Positions 23,256 through 30,844 of a DNA stretch of 30,844 nucleotides are shown piece after piece. The DNA is from Trichoplax sp. H2 (Eukaryota). The notes under the pieces are model-generated. The model ran no database searches, was not told where the DNA came from, and saw only the letters and a program-made list of their open reading frames with translations. Within the stretch, counting starts at the first letter, position 1. Each line of letters opens with the position of its first letter. The DNA is taken from contig NOWV01000245.1 in the NCBI GenBank assembly GCA_003344405.1, positions 62,001-92,844 of the forward strand. Direction: 5' to 3'. The position numbers and the translations under genes were made by a program.

Positions 23256-25816
23256 TTTGAGCTTCTTTACAAGATTAAAATCGACTTTGAAAATGATAAA
23301 TTTACACTACTTACGCCTTTATCTATGTTATGGGTAATAATCTATCTTGTATCATGCAATAAAATATAGTTTTGTCAGACGTCGAGTGGAACAATTGATG
23401 TCTGACAATGAATATAAGCGTATTTGTTAATTTTTTCTTCTGTTATTGATGATTGATGACGATATCGATGACGGCTGCAATGATAAAATAGTAAAAATTG
23501 TTTTATAAATTAGAATAGAAAGCCACAGGCCAATTTAACTACTAATGCAGTGAACTATAAAAAAATAGATTACTGATAATAGCCAGTAACAGACGATTAC
23601 GCGTCTACGGCTCTGTCAAGCAAAAATAGTAGTCTATGCCTAAGCGGTCAGAATTTTCTCAACAATAAACGATTTATTGATGATATAGATGGAGCTGATG
23701 ATGACCAAAATTAGCAACAATAGAAATAATCTATTAGAATAGTAAGCTATTTAGCGATTACTTTAAAGCAGATTATGCTTTATTAATGGTGATGATTCGA
23801 AGTTTATTTTGTCATCGTTTCAGATGATTTTAATAATTTCAATACAAAAGTTGGGCTGTAAGTACCTCTAGAAATGTATTAATTGATGTTTGTTAGTAAA
23901 ATAATTGAACCAATTTGAATAATGAACAGGATAGACTTTAATGAAAGTTGTATATTTCCCTTAGATAAATAGCAAACATGGATTGATGTATTATGACAGC
24001 CAGAAATAAGTTGTCTTCAACAAAAGTACTTAATCCAGGTTTGTTTTTCGCATTCGATGTTGATAATTATTTACGAGAGAAGGTGCAATGGTTTATTTAA
24101 TTTGTTTCAATGTTATGCCCTTAGATTTATGGATTGAAATCAAGTAATAGTAAATGCTAATCTGCATTGGTTTATCCAAATAGTTAAAAAGAATTAAACA
24201 GCAATAGGGAAATAGATCGTATCAATAAATTGGATAAACCACAAGGATTTGATTTTAGGTTTATAGAAACGCTGGCAGGACAAATAACAATTGATGAGCA
24301 ATAGTTGCTTAAAAATATCTTCCCTTTCTCTATATATCGGTTAGGATATTGATATAGATTAAATGGTTGATCGTGTAAGAGTGCGTATAATCCAGGTTAT
24401 AAGATTTAAAAGTAATTACTTCTTATTTTAGCAATCCTGCTTGCACCTTTAAAAAGCTATGATAGCGACCAAATGAGAGAAGGAACAGAAAAGAATAATT
24501 TATCAGTAGCCAGGTAATAAGAATTTCTGCAGTAGATATGTCGTTTCTATTTAAATGATTGGATAGGGATAGTTTTATAAATGATATCAATGATAGCTGT
24601 AAGGGTACTTACCAGATTTTATATAATCAAATTTGGCAATCCTATATTCTCAAAAGATAGGAGTGCGTATTATGATATTCCATAAAATTGATATGTATTT
24701 TGAATGTATTATACAAACAGATGACATCAGGAACTTGATCAAAGGTTAGAATATTCAATGGATTGATTTAAACCTGGTTATACATGAAAATAAAATGAAA
24801 TGACTCGTCTTTTGATGATAATTGAATTAGAATATCATTGCTTGCCATCATTGTTAGTTACAGACTAAAGAATGTGGGAGTAATTGGTTGGATAGAATTG
24901 ATGATCATCTGTTTCCATGCTAATTTGATTCGCCTGCAATACTACAGAATCATATCTTGACATACGGTATTCTAGGAGCAAAGAATATGGATTCATCTGT
25001 TGCCAGCTAATATCTCTGAAAATACGTACTACATCCCTACCATAGCAAAATCGATTATATCTAATATTTATTACTATTACGGGCGTAGATCAACATTGGT
25101 ATAGGCTTAAGTATGTGATTAATTGTCAGGATGAATATCTTAGGTTGAAATAATCTAATTTTATATCAATAGATTTCAAAATAGTTAAAACAATGATAAT
25201 TCTTCAATATTTGAAAATAGGTCACAATGACTGATTTAATATTCATGAAAGCATTCATCAAAATTGTCTGTACTTTTAAATTATTTAATCATTTTTTGAT
25301 TCAAAATCCTTTCGTTTGTAAATTGCGGAACAAATATTAGGTTTTAAGTCACGCAAACAAATGTATACCAATCGGTATCGATGTATAGTCTTACATGTAT
25401 ATTTTATACATTCACAAGCAGATTTTGTCCTATAGGCGCTTTATCCATAGAATATCGCTTTCTTATCTAATATTTTAGATTTTTAATGGATATGTATAGT
25501 ATTGATACTATTTTTATTATGTGTTAATATTTTGTGCATAATGTCAGCGGTATTATTTCAGGTATGAAAGCTTGAGATAATAATAGTAACTAATAAAATA
25601 TATATAAACATATCCCGATGTATAGAATGTTTCAAAACTTATCCGATACGCCCGATTAAATTCCAACTTGTAATAACTTTCTATCATTAGTACGTTTAAA
25701 TGACAGTAAATATTACAATCTGCGACGCAATCATTATTATATTTTATGAATTCCTTTTATTCTTACTTGCCATGAGCAATAATTTATTTATAACAAAGAA
25801 TTCATTTCTACATCCT

Positions 25817-26334
25817 TGTGATATATACCAATCACGAAATTCCAAATTTTAGAAAAATAAGGGCTTTATTGAATCTTATACAAAGATTAACTACACAGCT
25901 CTACTCTAGCCGAATACTACTTCTAAAGACTTCTACAACGAACTAACAGAATAATCTAAAGTTGCATGCTTTTATACTTTCCGTAGCATTCGCAGCTACA
26001 ATCCGCATGGCAACCTTTTACCTTATTTTACACATAGTTAAATTATTCTTAGTAAGACTATTCTACTGCGGACCATCATTAATCCAATATGGATACGACT
26101 ACAGTACTTACGTAGACATTATTCACACCAGCCAAAGTACAATGAATTAACCATATCCTAATATATGATTTACAGTTCTATTTTTACCTACAGCCATATT
26201 AGTAACTCAACAGCTTACTGTATATAGTCATCTGTACTCTAGCATAGAGTCTCTACCACTACAGTCTATAGTTACAGCTACCAAATATCTCTTAGGATAA
26301 ATATCTACCGTACATTATACTACAGATGGCTAAC
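25817..26334 (-). mobile_element. Candidate LTR-like insertion end, truncated by gap
   Basis: Follows the left duplicate copy and is absent after the right copy. On - it ends ...atatcaCA with AATAAA (25865-25870) about 50 nt inside; strong strand compositional skew. Confidence 0.4.
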
Positions 26335-26354
26335 NNNNNNNNNNNNNNNNNNNN
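26335..26354. other. Assembly gap (20 N)
   Basis: Run of n. Confidence 1.
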
Positions 26355-27833
26355 ATATATATAAACATATCCCGATGTATAGAATGTTTCAAAACTTATC
26401 TGATACGCCCGATTAAATTTCAACTTGTAATAACTTTCTATCATTAGTACGTTTAAATGACAGTAAATATTACAATCTGCGACGCAATCATTATTATATT
26501 TTATGTATTCTTTTTATTCTTACTTGCTATGAGCAATAATTTATTTATAACAAAGAATTCATTTCTACATCCTTTAGAATGATGGTGTGTTGTAACGAAA
26601 ATACCCAATAGATCAGCCAAGCTTTTATCATAGGGTACAGAATAATAAGTAGCAAATTTACACGTATAACCAATGTTGTCTACCACAGAAATCATGCCTA
26701 AGCGTTGTTTTAAGAGCACCTTTCAGAGTTAAGTATTATGTATAGTGGTATCTAGCCTTTATTGCTCGTCATCCAACTGAATAAAGTGTATAAGCTATTA
26801 CGGTTGTCCATAAAAGCAGCTAAGATGAAAAAGAATAAATACAATTTTCTATAAACTGAATCAGAGAATTATTTTAGTGACCTTCCATCATTACAATAAC
26901 CTAAATTATCAAATGGACATGCATTGAAACGGTTTAGTACCTTAATATTGCTCAAACTTTGATCGAAAGGCAAACAAAACTGTAAACAAGAAATGACATT
27001 TTAATGACATAATACTGTAACACCGGTAGTAAAATAATTTGTTGATCCATTTGGCACGAGGCGTAACTGTGCTAGTTTTACTGTAGAATCGTAAATAGTT
27101 AATCCTTATGAATGTAATGCAATTATGTTTGCGGCAATGTTATGCAATGTCTTTTTACATTGTTGGCTAAAATACAATAGCCCTTTCAAGGGTCAATTCT
27201 GATTGAAAAGTTTGCAGTGTATTATTAACATGCTAGTTGATCGCGGCATAGCTTGGCTAGGTATTGCCAAAATTAAATTATGACGGTCGTACGGAGCCAC
27301 GATGTATCTAGTTAACTTAAGATATTAGGAAATTTTTCATTAATAATATGGGGATATATGTGAACAAATTACCGAAAATGGTAAACTTTAAATCTATGGA
27401 GAAAGAATCTCAATAAACAGTAGCAATGTCACATCCTATAGAAACATATAAACTCTGCTATGCTAATGTATCATCCTTTCTATTAAATAATGCATATTTT
27501 TGTCATTTTTATATAAAGATAAGATAGAACTATAATTATGGAAATATATTAGCAATAAATATTAGTGCTTCTTGGAGTTCGTTTATCAAATATTTAAAAT
27601 TTTAATCTGATGGATATAGTCACAAAGTTTCACCATCTAGATTAACTTCATAATGTCTATTGTACTTTTAGACTTATAAGTTCATCTATCAAAAAAATGG
27701 AAATATGATAAATATCGTATATGATTATGACGATTAGCAATTGTCGAGGTAATCAACTCGGAAAATTATACAAACGATATCGGGATTTAAATCTGCATTT
27801 ATTTCATCTGCTTTTTCTAGCAGCCAACTCTAT

Positions 27834-28017
27834 TGTCACAGTACGCCTTTACTAATTAAGTAACTGTAAATTAATGAATGCTTATGAATAGATAAGATAA
27901 GGTTATGTGCTATGTTTTAATGCGCTTGTAGCTGATAATAGGATGGTAGAAATGAGATAAAAACAGAAGTTGTTAGCAGTTAATTTACTGTAGGTTTATA
28001 AGGTATGTTAATCTCTA
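27834..28017. mobile_element. Candidate LTR-like insertion end, truncated by gap
   Basis: Starts TGTCACAG at the point where the duplicated copies diverge. Confidence 0.35.
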
Positions 28018-28037
28018 NNNNNNNNNNNNNNNNNNNN
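28018..28037. other. Assembly gap (20 N)
   Basis: Run of n. Confidence 1.
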
Positions 28038-30684
28038 GTTTATCAAATATTTAAAATTTTAATCTGATGGATATAGTCACAAAGTTTCACCATCTAGATT
28101 AACTTCATAATGTCTATTGTACTTTTAGACTTATAAGTTCATCTATAGAAAAAATGGAAATATGATAAATATCGTATATGATTATGACGATTAGCCATTG
28201 TCGAAGTAATCAACTCGGAAAATTATACGAACGATATCGGGATTTAAATCTGCATTTACTTCATCTGATTTTTCTAGCAGCCAACTCTATTTACGAATAT
28301 GCTAAACCGTTTTTATCCCACTTCTATAGACTGCTATACCACTCAATCGGTATATCGTCGTGATCCTGTACGAAAAGTACAATCAAGTCTAGAGCCTACT
28401 TTCTGATCAATAAATTGATTCGATGCTATTGCTTTTATTTAAATACTCGATAGCAAGTTGCGAAAATTGTTGACGGCGTTGCAGATATACAACCTTGGAC
28501 TGCCTATGAGATAACCTATATCCAAATAGTGATTAAATCTGAGTTATAAATTGATAACACGGCAAGGAATATAATATATCCCTTTGACTGTACTGCTTTT
28601 TTAACTGATTCTTGCAAAGTATTGTAGTAAAAATAATTATGAATTAGCGCCGCTGTTTTCTATAATCTATTCTAAAGAATTACAATTGTATCTATGTTAT
28701 ATTAGCTCGAGTAATGTTAGTTATTATTGATCGAATTATTGAATTTGTATTGGTATTTCAACACAAATAACTAAAAATAAATGATATTCAGGCAATATCT
28801 ACAATGGCAAGCCACGAGTCAGGTATTCAAAGTCCTAATTTATTTCATGTAAAGATGAATATTTAATGTGACTTCGATGCTTAATACTTATAGAGCCGAA
28901 AACGTCATAAATGTACAATTCCTAGCTAGAATGCTAGTTATAATTGAATTAAGTTACTAAAATGACCGAACGTAAGGCTATTCTATTAATGAAATTAACT
29001 ATAAATTAATAATCATGCACTAGAAGAAATTGATTAATTGTATCATCATGGAAATTAGATGTAATTTAAAATACCGAATTGTATGAAAAAGTAATATCAT
29101 AATGCACTGATTATTTTTTGCTTTATTTATTTTTAAGTCAATTTCTGGTCTATTTTATTTTTTCATCCTATAACACTTATCAATACAAAGGATTTCAAGT
29201 GCATAATAGTTAGGCTTTGAATGGATCATCCTGTAATTTTTTAAGAGTTCTAAACAAAATAAATTCCTTAAAATTAATAGTTATAATCATGAAACCAAAC
29301 AATAGACAGGTGTATCTCATGAAACATTAGCCCTTATAGAAATTTCATAAGATTTAAATTGTTACGTAAGCCATTCTAGTTTTTGAGTATTAAAATTAAT
29401 GTTTGTAGAATGAGAAGTATTTGTATATTATAGTAATATAATCATGATATTTTCAGTGAAACACTATACAATATATAGTTTACTTAAAGAAGAAAAAATA
29501 AAAATCTTTAAATTTCTCTATTTAATTAAGCATTATATAGATAACGACCATTTTTCTTAACGTTAGTTAAAGGGTTGATCTTAAAATAATAATTGCATAT
29601 TTCTCTAACTTATTATTGAAATCAATGCATTATTTATATATCCGAAAGAATTTTTGAAAGTCTAGTGATGCTTTATAATTGTAATAATAAAAGATGCTTG
29701 ATTTATTATAGTATCCGTAGCAGAGTGATGCAAAAGAAATTGCTAGTCCATTGAGTAAGTAATGCTATAATTGTATTTCTGAAGTAGGTATAAGATTGCT
29801 TTAACAATTGTCGAGTAAATTTAAGCTAGGGAGGAAGTAATGAGTTATATTACTTTCACTTCAATATAACAGCTACGAAAACGTATTTGCGGTGTTTGTT
29901 AATATGTTGATACTAGAAGAGAGCCTTGTCTTTAGAGAAATGGCTTTGAATTTTCGTTACTTTTGCACATTTTGTTAGTAGCAAAATGCTTAAATTGACG
30001 TTAAAATGCGTTATTTTTTAAAATCTGTGTGATCTAATTTCTGTTGTTAAACGAAGCATATATTGATAAGTTTTGTTACATCAGCTTATGCGATACATAC
30101 TTTCTACCGTTATTTTCTATAGAAGTACCATTATAATGTATTATCAAAACGATTTTATATTTTAATATAGTTGCTACTTTAAAGTAATTAAGTATTCAAT
30201 TAATTTGCTTAGCCATAAAATGAAAGTATTCTAGTAGCGAGATAAGAAATAATGCTGCAATAAATATCTCGTATATTGCAGTCATAGGTTTAATAAATAG
30301 CAAAATTTCTATTAACTATATTAATTACTCACAATAACTTATCAGTTTCTTTGTCGTGTCAATTACTAAAATTTCGTTCAGCATTTTTATGAAGACAATG
30401 CCAAAGTACAATCTCGTAATTCGGATAGCTGGTCATTAATTGCATATGCTTTTGTCAGGAAATGATTCTAGGTTCGTACCTATATCTACATTAGAAACTA
30501 AGGTGTTTTTGAAGTTCTAGATTAGGGCTATATTAATATGTTTCAATATTTAGCTAAGAAATACTGTTTAAAATGCAGACTTAGCAATTTCATTAGATTG
30601 CTGGTGACAGATATAAATAAGTTTCGTATTGTGGAAAGGATCATTGCTATGATATGTAAAGTATTTATTATCAAGAAAGGTATG

Positions 30685-30843
30685 TGTTACGAGCTAGGAA
30701 TAAAATAGCCCTAACTCGCAATAAGGATTGAGAGAGTTATTTCTACCCTTTACTACTGTTGTTTGGAATAACAGACAATTGGTATTCCAAGGCATTTAGG
30801 GTTTAACGTAGGAAAACCTTCAAGAATTACTAGAAAATCACAA
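30685..30843 (-). repeat. Dispersed repeat copy B (inverted relative to copy A; runs off the window end)
   Basis: Reverse complement aligns colinearly to 14185-14338 (e.g. gttaaacccta..tgccttggaataccaa, tcaatcctt, agttaggg, ctagctcg). Confidence 0.8.
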
Positions 30844-30844
30844 T

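Larger units (their letters stand above)
25598..26574. repeat. 220-bp near-identical duplication (25598-25817 and 26355-26574) flanking assembly gap 26335-26354
   Basis: About 5 substitutions in 220 bp; the second copy starts exactly at the gap; probably uncollapsed alleles. Confidence 0.85.
27581..28291. repeat. 254-bp near-identical duplication (27581-27834 and 28038-28291) flanking assembly gap 28018-28037
   Basis: A few substitutions; the second copy starts exactly at the gap; probably uncollapsed alleles. Confidence 0.85.

Noticed and set aside
25199..25279. LRR-like fragment LQYLKIGHND*FNIHESI
   Set aside because: A single interrupted motif with no flanking repeats at LRR periodicity
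14799..28363. Remaining 60-72 aa ORF-track entries (14799, 20478, 21655, 25962, 26501, 28178)
   Set aside because: Short, often non-ATG starts, no motifs; intronic, intergenic or within gap-flanking duplicates
1..30844. Prokaryotic systems (CRISPR arrays, operons, defence islands), rRNA and tRNA genes
   Set aside because: The sequence is intron-containing eukaryotic DNA; no repeat-spacer array, cloverleaf with A/B boxes or rRNA similarity was seen

Overview
AT-rich eukaryotic genomic DNA with GT-AG spliceosomal introns. The short introns plus a peptide-type GPCR suggest an early-branching animal such as a placozoan (inference only). Two genes can be reconstructed. (1) A 12-exon WD40 gene on + (4090-7716, 399 aa) matching PAAF1/Rpn14, a 19S proteasome assembly chaperone; the ORF track misses it entirely. 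(2) A 2-exon class A peptide-receptor-like GPCR on - (23255-22503 joined to 15794-15513, 344 aa) split by a 6.7 kb intron, with the TM6 proline replaced (CWGC). Non-coding features: a degenerate 3-copy tandem repeat and a dense cluster of palindromic TAC(A/T)GTA motifs around the PAAF1 5' end; a hairpin-bearing ~155 bp repeat in two inverted copies bracketing the GPCR locus; and two 20-N gaps, each flanked by near-identical duplicated sequence whose left copy runs into a TG-starting insertion (possible heterozygous LTR-like elements). At the far left are exon-like segments that, in one frame, give a Cys-rich peptide with two in-frame TGA codons, followed by several hairpins. This is speculative: no canonical SECIS was found.
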